A stretch of DNA of 64,000 nucleotides from assembly GCA_049322615.1 (NCBI GenBank), contig JBMORX010000009.1, forward strand, positions 130,321 to 194,320, read 5' to 3'. This document shows, in pieces, positions 48,396 through 57,235 of the stretch; position 1 is the stretch's first letter; each line of letters begins with the position of its first letter. Under the pieces are notes generated by a model. That model searched no databases and was not told the DNA's origin. It saw nothing but the letters and a program-made list of their open reading frames with translations. This stretch comes from Patescibacteria group bacterium. Lineage in GTDB: Bacteria > Patescibacteriota > Microgenomatia > CAYGWK01. A program made the position numbers and the translations under genes.

Positions 48396-49742
48396 CTAAA
48401 GGATTAATTCTCTCTTTACCTCCAAAAGGGCTTTCTTTGGGAAACTTTTAATCTGTCCTTCCTCATCTAAAATCTCCTCAAGGGAGTTTAGTCTGGCAAT
48501 TTCATTTTCAGGAGTAATAATTCTCCCACCACTTGCAGCCAGGATGAAGAACTCTCGCCTTTCGGAGATGTCCTCAAGACTATATCCCTCTCTTAAATAA
48601 GTTAAGTGCTCTCTTTTGTAAGAATAAATACCAGGGGGAAATTCACCTGTCACCCTCACCGAAGCCGTTGTATTATTTCTCATAATCAATTCTCCCCCAA
48701 TCATTTCTTTAACTTTTCTGGAGTCATCTTGCGGATAAGCCTTTTTTAAATACTCAAGAATATGATAAAGTAAAAGCGGTGTTTGGCCTGCCTTAAGCTC
48801 CATTTTGGTGTAAAGCGGAACAGAAGCGGTAAGCCTAGCATTGTTCTCGGAAATATAAACTTTATCGGTCTTATCTTCTACTAGAAAATCTAAACCAAAA
48901 AAACCTTTATATCCTAAATCTCTCATCTTCTCTCCGATTATTTGAGAATACTCTTCTATCTTATCCCTTATCTTTTCCTTTAACCTAGCTGGCCATTGCC
49001 TGCCACAAGTTCCCCCAGGGTTTTGGGTGAATTCTTCTAGGGCGGTAATCTGAAGCGCCGGCGGAGAGATAAAGATTTTTTTTCCTGTTACACAGGCATT
49101 ATTTAAAACCGTTCTTCCTTTAATGAAACAAGTTATTCGAACTTCTCTTTCCGGAAATTTAGCTTGCAAATGAACAAAATCGCTCTTGTTCTTAACAAAA
49201 TAAGTGGTGTTTCCAGCCCAACCATGACCAAATTGAATGACCAGTTTCTGGCCGAAGCGGAGGCTTAAATCTTGATAATGACACCTTTTTAAAATTTTTA
49301 TCTCTCCCGGCGGATGGGAGATATTTAAGGATTGACAAAGTCGATAAAAAGAAACCTTATCCTCAAATTGCTGATTAAGCTCGGGGCTGGCGCCTAAAGC
49401 CCGCCAACCTTTTCTTTGACAAATCGCCTCAATTTTCTTTGAAGGTTTAAAAAATAAAATATTTGGTTTCAGATTTCGAGCATTTTTAGCAATGTATTCT
49501 TGAACAAGTGGATGGGCCAAAATCATTCCTGTATTGCGCAAAACGGTGTTTTCTTTCCCAATTTTTGCTTCTAGAGAGAAAACTCTCACTCCTTTGGCAA
49601 TCAACAAATCAACTAGCGGGCTATTATCCAAACAAATAATATGGTAAAAAGAGAGGACTTTCTCAAGTCCCACTGCCCGGGCAGGATCGGGAGTAACATA
49701 AAAAATAGGTTCCTTGATTTTTGAGAACAAATCGTCTTTCAT
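48396..49742 (-). CDS. ATP-grasp peptide ligase-like protein
   Basis: EDK, VIQ...GWAG..T, Y.GFFGLDF, ISE.NARLT (ATP-grasp E-x-N-x-R motif). Confidence 0.8.
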   Translation of the reverse strand: MKDDLFSKIKEPIFYVTPDPARAVGLEKVLSFYHIICLDNSPLVDLLIAKGVRVFSLEAKIGKENTVLRNTGMILAHPLVQEYIAKNARNLKPNILFFKPSKKIEAICQRKGWRALGASPELNQQFEDKVSFYRLCQSLNISHPPGEIKILKRCHYQDLSLRFGQKLVIQFGHGWAGNTTYFVKNKSDFVHLQAKFPEREVRITCFIKGRTVLNNACVTGKKIFISPPALQITALEEFTQNPGGTCGRQWPARLKEKIRDKIEEYSQIIGEKMRDLGYKGFFGLDFLVEDKTDKVYISENNARLTASVPLYTKMELKAGQTPLLLYHILEYLKKAYPQDDSRKVKEMIGGELIMRNNTTASVRVTGEFPPGIYSYKREHLTYLREGYSLEDISERREFFILAASGGRIITPENEIARLNSLEEILDEEGQIKSFPKKALLEVKRELIL

Positions 49743-50674
49743 TTTAAATATTTTTTACCGGTTAGAAGACAAATTATTTTATCACCCAGGTTATCTTGGA
49801 TTTTTTTTGCCTTCCAAATAGCCGCTAAAGTCGCCCCCCCCTCAGCTGAAGTAGAAATTCCTAATTTAGCCAGTTCTCTTAAGGCTTTCTTAATCTCCTC
49901 ATCAGAAATAACCCAACCAAATCCTTCAGATTCTTTAATAAGATTCAAAATCTGTTCTTTCCTTGGAGTCACCTTGGCGACCAAGGCGTCAGCCAGACTG
50001 GTTTTTTTAGCCTGATAATCTTTATCAAAAATACGAGCAATCGGACAAACAGCCGCTGTTTGGACAACATGAAATTGAGGAAAATAACCTAAAATTTTAT
50101 AACCTTCGCCTATTCCAGCCAGAGCGGTCCCGCTTGAGACAGGAATAAAGATGCTGTCTACTTTTCCCAAATTTTGCTGGATTTCAAAAGCCAAAGACTT
50201 ATAACCTTCGCTTCCGACTTCCTGAATCGAAGGTCTTAAATTCAAAAAACCTTTCTCTAGAGAAAAGCGGGTCGCCTCACTCACCGGCCGCCGGCTAAAA
50301 AAAATCTCAGCCTTTTGTTCTTTAAGCTTTTTCAGCTTATCTTGCTTAATTTTAGGTGAGACAAAGGTATGAAGTTTAATCTTTGCCAGCTGACAATAGG
50401 CGGCGGCTGAAATGGCAGCATTACCGGAAGATGAAATCACCAAATTCTTTCTCCCTTCCCCAAAAGCCCTAGAGATTTGATAAGCCATACCTCGGTCTTT
50501 AATCGAGCCTGTTGGATTTTGGTCTTCTCTTTTGAAAATTATTTTCCCAACCTGAATTTCGGCGGTATCTCCTTCTTTAAGGCTTAACCAAAATTTCTTT
50601 GAGAGTTTCGGATAGTAAAAATGGTATTTCCAGATACCGGGCAAACTTTTCTCCACTTGCAAGATACTTGACAT
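49739..50674 (-). CDS. PLP-dependent fold-type II enzyme (threonine synthase-like)
   Basis: KRED.NPTGSIKDRG (Schiff-base Lys), SSGNA, PVSSG, LLTG. Confidence 0.85.
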   Translation of the reverse strand: MSSILQVEKSLPGIWKYHFYYPKLSKKFWLSLKEGDTAEIQVGKIIFKREDQNPTGSIKDRGMAYQISRAFGEGRKNLVISSSGNAAISAAAYCQLAKIKLHTFVSPKIKQDKLKKLKEQKAEIFFSRRPVSEATRFSLEKGFLNLRPSIQEVGSEGYKSLAFEIQQNLGKVDSIFIPVSSGTALAGIGEGYKILGYFPQFHVVQTAAVCPIARIFDKDYQAKKTSLADALVAKVTPRKEQILNLIKESEGFGWVISDEEIKKALRELAKLGISTSAEGGATLAAIWKAKKIQDNLGDKIICLLTGKKYLK

Positions 50675-50750
50675 TGATGTTTTAATTATATGCAGTGCAT
50701 ATAAAGTGCATATAACTTGCTATGCACATTATACCAAAGGAGGATGAGCA

Positions 50751-50909
50751 ATGCCCAAAACTGTTCAATGCCCAGATTGCCAAGGGCAAGTTTTAGTCCC
50801 TCAAGATTGCGAGGTAGGAGAGATTTTAGAATGTCCTGGCTGTGGGGCGGAGATGGAAGTAATCAGTCTTGAGCCTCTGGAAGTTTCTCTAATTGAAGAG
50901 GAAAAATAA
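50751..50909 (+). CDS. LysW-like zinc-finger amino-group carrier protein, 52 aa (not in ORF track)
   Basis: MPKTVQCPDCQGQVLVPQDCEVGEILECPGCGAEMEVISLEPLEVSLIEEEK; two CxxC pairs; GE.LEC..CG.E.EV....P; SD AAGGAGGA. Confidence 0.8.
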   Translation: MPKTVQCPDCQGQVLVPQDCEVGEILECPGCGAEMEVISLEPLEVSLIEEEK

Positions 50910-50910
50910 C

Positions 50911-51621
50911 TCAAGTCCAAATCCGCAATCGCCGGATGCCATCGCCTTTCTCTGGCTTGAAAAACTTCTGACCATAATTCTCTCCTTTTTTTGTCCTCTC
51001 CAGCCACTTTTGCGCCTCAAGTCCATAATTTCCATCCTTAATCAAAATTCTGGCTTTATGGACTCCATCCGGTACTGTTCCAGGTGAAGAATGAGCGTAA
51101 ACAATTTCTTTGATCTGACCCTTGCTTCCTCTTTTAATCTCCACAATGACTGCTAGATGCTTCCCCTCCCCAAGCCTGATTAAATCACCAACAGCCAAAT
51201 CCCGCAATTTCTTGATAGGCAAAGAAACTTCATCATTGGTTAACATCATCACGTTCGCCCTGAGCAAAAACTTACCTTTAACCCCGGGAATGTCATCTTC
51301 CAGTCCATTACCACCTTTTTCCTTATCAAGGGTATTAAGAAGTTTAAAAGCTAGTCCTGAACAGTCCAAACCAATTCGATTTTTTTTCATAAAAACCCTG
51401 ATTTGTTGGCTGGTCAACTTCGCCAAATTAATCTTCTTCTTCGCTCCCACCTCCAAAGTTGCCCTAACTAATTCTTGGGGACTACCTTTACCTCCATAAG
51501 GACCCCAAATCTTCTTTTTTATCTTGTCCATCCAGTAAGGACATTTCACTTGCTTTTTGAATATGGGCAGATGGGTATACTGAAAAAGGAGTTTATCTAT
51601 CGCTTTTGAGGAAGTAATCAT
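50911..51621 (-). CDS. NlpC/P60 cysteine peptidase
   Basis: GLDCSG, GDLI, HLAV, YAHSS (Cys-His-His). Start set at ATG 51621, overlapping the mraY stop. Confidence 0.8.
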   Translation of the reverse strand: MITSSKAIDKLLFQYTHLPIFKKQVKCPYWMDKIKKKIWGPYGGKGSPQELVRATLEVGAKKKINLAKLTSQQIRVFMKKNRIGLDCSGLAFKLLNTLDKEKGGNGLEDDIPGVKGKFLLRANVMMLTNDEVSLPIKKLRDLAVGDLIRLGEGKHLAVIVEIKRGSKGQIKEIVYAHSSPGTVPDGVHKARILIKDGNYGLEAQKWLERTKKGENYGQKFFKPEKGDGIRRLRIWT

Positions 51622-52649
51622 ATTACTGCCAGCCAGAGCCCAAAAATAGCCAACATTATCCCTGCCAACCAAGCTCGCATGACAATTTTTGGCTCTTCCC
51701 AACCGCGCTCCTGAAGCCAAAGATGAAAAGGAGCCACCTTAAATATCTTTCTGCCCAATAAACGTTTAGCGATAATTTGCAAAAGGCTTGAGGAAATCTC
51801 CACCACAAAAAGACCTCCAATGACAACCAAAGCCATAATTTTTCCAATTAAAAGCCCAACGACCGCAAGCGTTGCTCCAAAAGAAAGTGCCCCCACATCG
51901 CCCAAAAAAATTCTCGCCGGATAGACATTAAAGTATAAAAAGGCGATAAGAGCACCGATCCAGAAGGAAAGGAAAATCGAAAGGACCGTATCTAAGTTAG
52001 TATGGGAAAGAATCCAAAAGGCGAAAAGAGAAATAAGAAGAAGACCTGAAGCAAGTCCGTCTAAACCATCGGTAATATTTAGGGCGTTGGTAAAAGCCAC
52101 AATAATAAAAGCAGCCAGGGGGACATAAAAAATGCCAAGGTCAAAAACTCCAAAAAAGGGAACATTGACAAAATCAATCTTTAAATTTTGAAAAAGCAAA
52201 GCGGCAATGATGAAAGCCAAAATCCACTGAATAAGAAATTTCCAGCGCAGTCGCAAGCCAAAAATTCCCTTACTCGCCAAACCAAAAAATTTCATTAAAT
52301 CATCATAGAGACCTAAAAGACCAAAGGAGATAAAGGTAAAAAAGAGGATATTCAATTCGTCTTTGATCGGATAAAAAGCGGTGATGTAAACCCCAAGATA
52401 TGAAATTAAAGGAAAAAGAAGAACATAAAGGAGGGAGACAACAGCGATGATTAAAAACCCGCCGCCAACCGGAGTCCCGGCTTTTTCCCGATGAAATTTG
52501 TCAAAAATGGGCGTCCTTAAACCGAGAAAATCTCGAGTTCTCTGATCTCTTCGCTGAAACTTAATCCTATATAAAAAATTAATAAAGGGGACAATTAAGA
52601 TACTGGTGATGATGAAAGTAAAAATTAAAAGTCCTAAGAAAAGTGCCAT
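51618..52649 (-). CDS. mraY: Phospho-N-acetylmuramoyl-pentapeptide transferase
   Basis: K.GTP.GGG, GLYDD, NA.N.TDGLDGL, FN..PA.IF.GD.G, APFH. Confidence 0.95.
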   Translation of the reverse strand: MALFLGLLIFTFIITSILIVPFINFLYRIKFQRRDQRTRDFLGLRTPIFDKFHREKAGTPVGGGFLIIAVVSLLYVLLFPLISYLGVYITAFYPIKDELNILFFTFISFGLLGLYDDLMKFFGLASKGIFGLRLRWKFLIQWILAFIIAALLFQNLKIDFVNVPFFGVFDLGIFYVPLAAFIIVAFTNALNITDGLDGLASGLLLISLFAFWILSHTNLDTVLSIFLSFWIGALIAFLYFNVYPARIFLGDVGALSFGATLAVVGLLIGKIMALVVIGGLFVVEISSSLLQIIAKRLLGRKIFKVAPFHLWLQERGWEEPKIVMRAWLAGIMLAIFGLWLAVI

Positions 52650-52656
52650 GTTTTGA

Positions 52657-53898
52657 TTATATCTCCTTTCCCAATTTCGGACAACTAAGGCAGGATTGAT
52701 AAAAATGACAAGAGGAGAGTTTGCAATTGACGGGTTTTCCCTCAAGGATTAAAATTATCCGCTCAAGGTGGCGAAGAAGCGAGCCTTTAAGGTATATAAG
52801 ATCTCCTTTCTTAAGAATTTTTTTCAAAAGATCTCCTGCCTCACAAACGTCTTTAACCCAGACGACATTTTTTTTCTTCATTCCGCTTTTTTCTGCCTCC
52901 TGGGCAACCAGTCTTTGTAATGGACCAACCAAGACTAAAAAATCAATTTTAAACTTTGCTAAAATTCTCCCTATTTTTCGATGCTCTTCTTCTGCATATT
53001 CCCCCAACTCTCCCATTTCCCCCAAGACTGCCACCCTTTTCCCTTTCGTAGGCAAAAGGGATAAGGTCTCAAGCCCAGAAATAGTTGAAACCGGATTTGC
53101 CCGAAGATGATCATTTAAAAAAATTGTTCCCAATGGTCCTTTCTCAAGGCTCAACCGACCAGAAAGAGGTTCAAGTTTGGAAAGCCCGGAAATTATCTCT
53201 TTTAGGCTCAACCCCTTAATCAAGCCGATTGCTGTTGCCGCTAAGGCGGCGTGGGTAAAATGTTTACCAATAAGAGGAATTTTAACCCTAACAGTTTGCT
53301 GACCTGCCTTGTGAAGCAAAAACGAGGTACCAGAAAAATCAACTTTTATCTTATCCGCCCAAAAATCACAATTTTTGCTCTTCCCATACCAGAGAATTTC
53401 TGCTTTTGTTTTCTTTGCCATTTTTCTGACATTTTCATCATCATAATTTAGGATCGCCCAACCATCCTTTGGTAAGGCAGCTAAAAGTTTCCCCTTTCCC
53501 TCGATAATTCCCTCAAGCGAACCCAAAAGTTCTGGCTCTGAATGAACGGGCGTAATCCCTGTCACCACCCCGATTGAAGGTTTAACTAACCTTAGATAAG
53601 AATCCATTTCGCCCTTATGGTCAACCCCCATCTCCAAAACCAAAGCTTTATGCCAAGGTCGAAGTTTGAGAATTGTGATTGGGAGATTATAAACAGTGTC
53701 TAAATTAAGATCTGTTTGAAGAACGGGATATCTTCCCGATAAAACTTGAGCAATCGCTCGGGTGGTATTCGTCTTACCGTAGCTGCCAGTAATACCAATA
53801 ATCGTGACTTGAGGATAAAGTTTAAGCCAAGTTTTGGCTAAAAGTCTTCTCAAGTTATGAAACGGCTGTTTCCATCCTCGATTTACCATCCTTTCCAT
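52657..53898 (-). CDS. murF: UDP-MurNAc-tripeptide:D-Ala-D-Ala ligase (short form)
   Basis: GITGSYGKT, VLEMG....GE, ND...ANP.S, VLGEM.ELG, KGS. Confidence 0.88.
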   Translation of the reverse strand: MERMVNRGWKQPFHNLRRLLAKTWLKLYPQVTIIGITGSYGKTNTTRAIAQVLSGRYPVLQTDLNLDTVYNLPITILKLRPWHKALVLEMGVDHKGEMDSYLRLVKPSIGVVTGITPVHSEPELLGSLEGIIEGKGKLLAALPKDGWAILNYDDENVRKMAKKTKAEILWYGKSKNCDFWADKIKVDFSGTSFLLHKAGQQTVRVKIPLIGKHFTHAALAATAIGLIKGLSLKEIISGLSKLEPLSGRLSLEKGPLGTIFLNDHLRANPVSTISGLETLSLLPTKGKRVAVLGEMGELGEYAEEEHRKIGRILAKFKIDFLVLVGPLQRLVAQEAEKSGMKKKNVVWVKDVCEAGDLLKKILKKGDLIYLKGSLLRHLERIILILEGKPVNCKLSSCHFYQSCLSCPKLGKEI

Positions 53899-53932
53899 TC
53901 TACCACAGCTTGGTTGTTACCCAAAGGGCGGT

Positions 53933-53987
53933 CAAGGTGTCCTACCTAGTCCACCTCTAAGGTGAATTCCTATTGACACCTCTGGTA
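53933..53987. repeat. REP-like palindrome cluster between ddl and murF
   Basis: AGGTGTC..CACCTCTAAGGTG..GACACCT. Confidence 0.45.
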
Positions 53988-53988
53988 T

Positions 53989-55026
53989 TTAATGATTTTC
54001 TAAAGCTAGACTGATTATTCTATCTAAAAGCTCTGAATAGGAGATTCCGGCGGCGGAGGCTTCTTTAGGAAATAAAGAAACAGGAGTCAAACCCGGGATC
54101 GTGTTTATCTCCAAAACGAAAGGTTTACCTTGAGAAATAATCATATCTACCCGACCAAAACCGCGACAATCAATCGCTTTAAAAACACGAATGGCTAAAT
54201 CTTGAACTTTTTTGGTCAGCTTTCGGGAAATCCGAGCGGGAACTATCTCATCGCATTTAGTTTCATCGTACTTTGCCTCATAATCAAAAAACTCTTTTTT
54301 GGGAACGATCTCAACTACCGGTAAAGCTTGAGGATTTTCATTTCCTAACACCCCACAGGTTACCTCAGTCCCAGAAAGATATTCCTCAATAATAACTCGT
54401 GGTCCGAAATTGAAAGCCTTTTTTAAAGCCTCATCTAATTCTTCTTTTCTGCGGACAATACTTACACCAACACTTGAACCCTGGGAAGAGGGTTTCACCA
54501 CCAGGGGAGTTTTAAATTTCTTCCAGATTATACTTGAATTCTCTCCTTTTTCGAAAACCAAATATTCTGGTGTAGGAATTCCTCTTTCCTCAATCACCCT
54601 TCTAAACATCGGTTTATCCATTCCCAAGGCTGAAGCCAAAACGCCCGCTCCAGTATAGGGAAGTCCGGCTAGTTCAAGCATCCCCTGAACTGTTCCATCC
54701 TCACCATATGGACCATGCATGGCAATAAAAACCACATCAGGCTTTTTTCCAAACTTAAGCGGAAGATTCCTGCCTTGAGGTAAAAGCGCTTTCCCGCCCC
54801 TAATTCTTCTCTTATGGTCAGTCTTCTCCACCCTTGAAGGGGAATGGAGCAAAATTTCTCTTTGGTCTTTAAGCTGCCATCTTTCTCCATCCCGAGAAAT
54901 CAAAACAGGCAAAATTTCATATTTTTTCTTATCTAAATTTCTAACCACTTCCCTGCCTGTGACGAGTGAGACCTCATGTTTTGGACTCCGACCTCCCATC
55001 AAGACGACGACTTTAATTTTTTTCAT
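53989..55026 (-). CDS. ddl: D-alanine--D-alanine ligase
   Basis: HG.YGEDG..QG, GSSVG, FFDYEAKY, LEINT.PG.T. Confidence 0.93.
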   Translation of the reverse strand: MKKIKVVVLMGGRSPKHEVSLVTGREVVRNLDKKKYEILPVLISRDGERWQLKDQREILLHSPSRVEKTDHKRRIRGGKALLPQGRNLPLKFGKKPDVVFIAMHGPYGEDGTVQGMLELAGLPYTGAGVLASALGMDKPMFRRVIEERGIPTPEYLVFEKGENSSIIWKKFKTPLVVKPSSQGSSVGVSIVRRKEELDEALKKAFNFGPRVIIEEYLSGTEVTCGVLGNENPQALPVVEIVPKKEFFDYEAKYDETKCDEIVPARISRKLTKKVQDLAIRVFKAIDCRGFGRVDMIISQGKPFVLEINTIPGLTPVSLFPKEASAAGISYSELLDRIISLALENH

Positions 55027-56339
55027 TCTCTTTGGATTTTGGCGCCCAGGGTGCGTAGTCTTTCATCAAGATTTTCGTATCCCCTAAAAATATGCTCAAC
55101 TCCCAAAAGCTCTGTCTTCCCTTTGGCAACCAAAGCCGCCAAAATTAAGGTTGCCCCGGCCCTAATATCGCCAATATTAAGCTGACTTGCCCAAAGATTG
55201 GTCGGTCCCAAAATTTTTACCGCGTGGAAATATTCCTGTTTATTATCCTCCCAGTTGAAATTGTAATAATCCTGGGGGCTATCAACTTCGGGATTAAAAA
55301 GTTCAATTTTTGCCCCCATTTTAATTAAATCCGGAACATAGCCAAAACGATTCTCAAAAATAGTCTCATGGACGGTTGAGGTTCCTTGGGCCTGGGTCAT
55401 TAAAACTGTCCAAAGAGCCTGCCAATCGGTCATAAAACCTGGATAAGGAGCGGTAATTACTTGACTTGGGCGGAGCGGATGTTTATAGAAAAATCTGATT
55501 CCCTCCCGACTAACCTCGTACCCTCCTTTTATTTCTTTAATTTTATCCAAAAAGGCGGTCAAAACTTTGGGATTGGCTTTTCGGACAAAAACATCACCTT
55601 TTGTAATTAAGGCAACACAAGCAAAAGTCACGGCTTCGTTACGATCAGGCATGACCTGATGACTTGTTCCTTTAAGTTTTTTAACTCCCTGAATTAAAAT
55701 CCGGCGATTGGGTAATCTTTTGATTTTTGCCCCCATTTGATTAAGAAAGGCAATTAGATCATCAACCTCTGGCTCAAGGGCTGCATTCTCAAGCAAAGTT
55801 GCTCCTTCAGCCAAAACCGAGGCAATAATCATCACATCGGTCCCTCCGTGAGTATTTTTAGGAAAACGGTAAGTCGCTCCCTTAAGTTTGCTGGCTTCAA
55901 TCAAACAATAATCCCCAAAATACTTAAAGTTGGCTCCTAATGCTTTAAAACCTTCAAGGTGCCAGTCAATTGATCGGCGACCGATTTTACAACCTCCTGG
56001 AACAGGGATAATTGCCTTACCGAAACGCGCAAGCAAGGGACCAACAAAGTAGGTTGAAGCCCGGGAAAGCCGACCATGTTTTTCGGATAATTCGAATTTA
56101 TTTAAATTCGCGCCTCTCACTTCAAGGTGATGATTTTTCCTAAAAGTAACCTTACCGCCAAGTTCTTCTATTATTTTTGCCGTGGAGACAACATCACCAA
56201 TCTTTGAGAAATTTCCAATTTTACTTTCTTCTTCCGAAAGCAAACCCGCAATCATTAATTTGAAGCCAGAGTTTTTGGCTCCGGCTAAAGTGACCTCACC
56301 GCAGAGACGATTGCCTCCTTCAATAATGAATTTTTGCAT
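55023..56339 (-). CDS. murA: UDP-GlcNAc enolpyruvyl transferase
   Basis: GAKN, PGGC.IG.R (catalytic Cys present), ENAA.EPEV, PYPGF.TD, D.RAG, RGYE. Confidence 0.96.
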   Translation of the reverse strand: MQKFIIEGGNRLCGEVTLAGAKNSGFKLMIAGLLSEEESKIGNFSKIGDVVSTAKIIEELGGKVTFRKNHHLEVRGANLNKFELSEKHGRLSRASTYFVGPLLARFGKAIIPVPGGCKIGRRSIDWHLEGFKALGANFKYFGDYCLIEASKLKGATYRFPKNTHGGTDVMIIASVLAEGATLLENAALEPEVDDLIAFLNQMGAKIKRLPNRRILIQGVKKLKGTSHQVMPDRNEAVTFACVALITKGDVFVRKANPKVLTAFLDKIKEIKGGYEVSREGIRFFYKHPLRPSQVITAPYPGFMTDWQALWTVLMTQAQGTSTVHETIFENRFGYVPDLIKMGAKIELFNPEVDSPQDYYNFNWEDNKQEYFHAVKILGPTNLWASQLNIGDIRAGATLILAALVAKGKTELLGVEHIFRGYENLDERLRTLGAKIQRE

Positions 56340-57235
56340 TAAAGTTCTCCGATAATTTTAATTTCTTTTTCAAGTCTAACAGCAAATTTTTCTTCAACCC
56401 TTTTTTGGCACAAACGTATTAATTCTAGCACATCCCTGCCCTTTGCCAAACCCAAATTAACAATAAAATTAGCATGTTTGGGGGAAACTTGAGCATCGCC
56501 AATTCGATAGCCCTTCAGTCCGACCTGCTCGATCAACTTACCGGCACTTTCACCATCGGGATTTTTAAAAACAGAACCGGCTGAGGGTTCTTTAGGTTGG
56601 TTTTTTCTTATCTTTAAATATTTATCGATTCTTCTAGCAACACTTTGGGGATTATTCTGGATTAATTTCAAGGTTACCCCCAAAACGATCTCTTTCTCCA
56701 GCAAAAATCGGCTCTGTCTATAACCAAACTGGCATTCTCTTTTTGAAATTATTTCTTTTTCTCCGTCTTCCTGCAAAATTTCAACTTCTTCAACCAAATC
56801 TCCAATCCACTTGTCTTTAATCCCAGCATTACCAGCAATCGCTCCGCCCACTGTCCCCGGAATACCGGCGCAGAACTCTAGTCCGGAAAGCCCCCCTTTG
56901 GCGGTCTCCCCCACCAACCAAGGAAGACTCATCCCAGCTTCAGCCTTGACCCTTCCATTTTTCATTCCCAATTTTTCATTTTTAATTTTTATTACCACCC
57001 CCCGTATTCCTTTATCTGAAACCAAAATATTTGATCCCCCGCCTAAAATAAAATATGGAATCTTTAATTTCCTGGCAAGTTTTACCGCCGCCACTATCTC
57101 TTCCTTCGTCTTTACCTCATAAAAGATATCGGCTGGCCCGCCAATTTTAAAAGTGGTGTGAAGACGCATTGGCTCATTGAGTTTTACTCTTTTTCCTCCT
57201 AAACTTTCCAAGAATTCCTGATAGCCTTTTTTCAT
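56339..57235 (-). CDS. murB: UDP-N-acetylenolpyruvoylglucosamine reductase
   Basis: HTT.KIGGPA, GGGSN, GIPGTVGG..GNAG, SAGSVFKNP, HANFI. Confidence 0.97.
   Translation of the reverse strand: MKKGYQEFLESLGGKRVKLNEPMRLHTTFKIGGPADIFYEVKTKEEIVAAVKLARKLKIPYFILGGGSNILVSDKGIRGVVIKIKNEKLGMKNGRVKAEAGMSLPWLVGETAKGGLSGLEFCAGIPGTVGGAIAGNAGIKDKWIGDLVEEVEILQEDGEKEIISKRECQFGYRQSRFLLEKEIVLGVTLKLIQNNPQSVARRIDKYLKIRKNQPKEPSAGSVFKNPDGESAGKLIEQVGLKGYRIGDAQVSPKHANFIVNLGLAKGRDVLELIRLCQKRVEEKFAVRLEKEIKIIGEL

Noticed and set aside
50801-51087. ORF-track calls 50801-51007 (-) and 50893-51087 (+)
   Set aside because: Shadow frames of the LysW-like and NlpC/P60 genes
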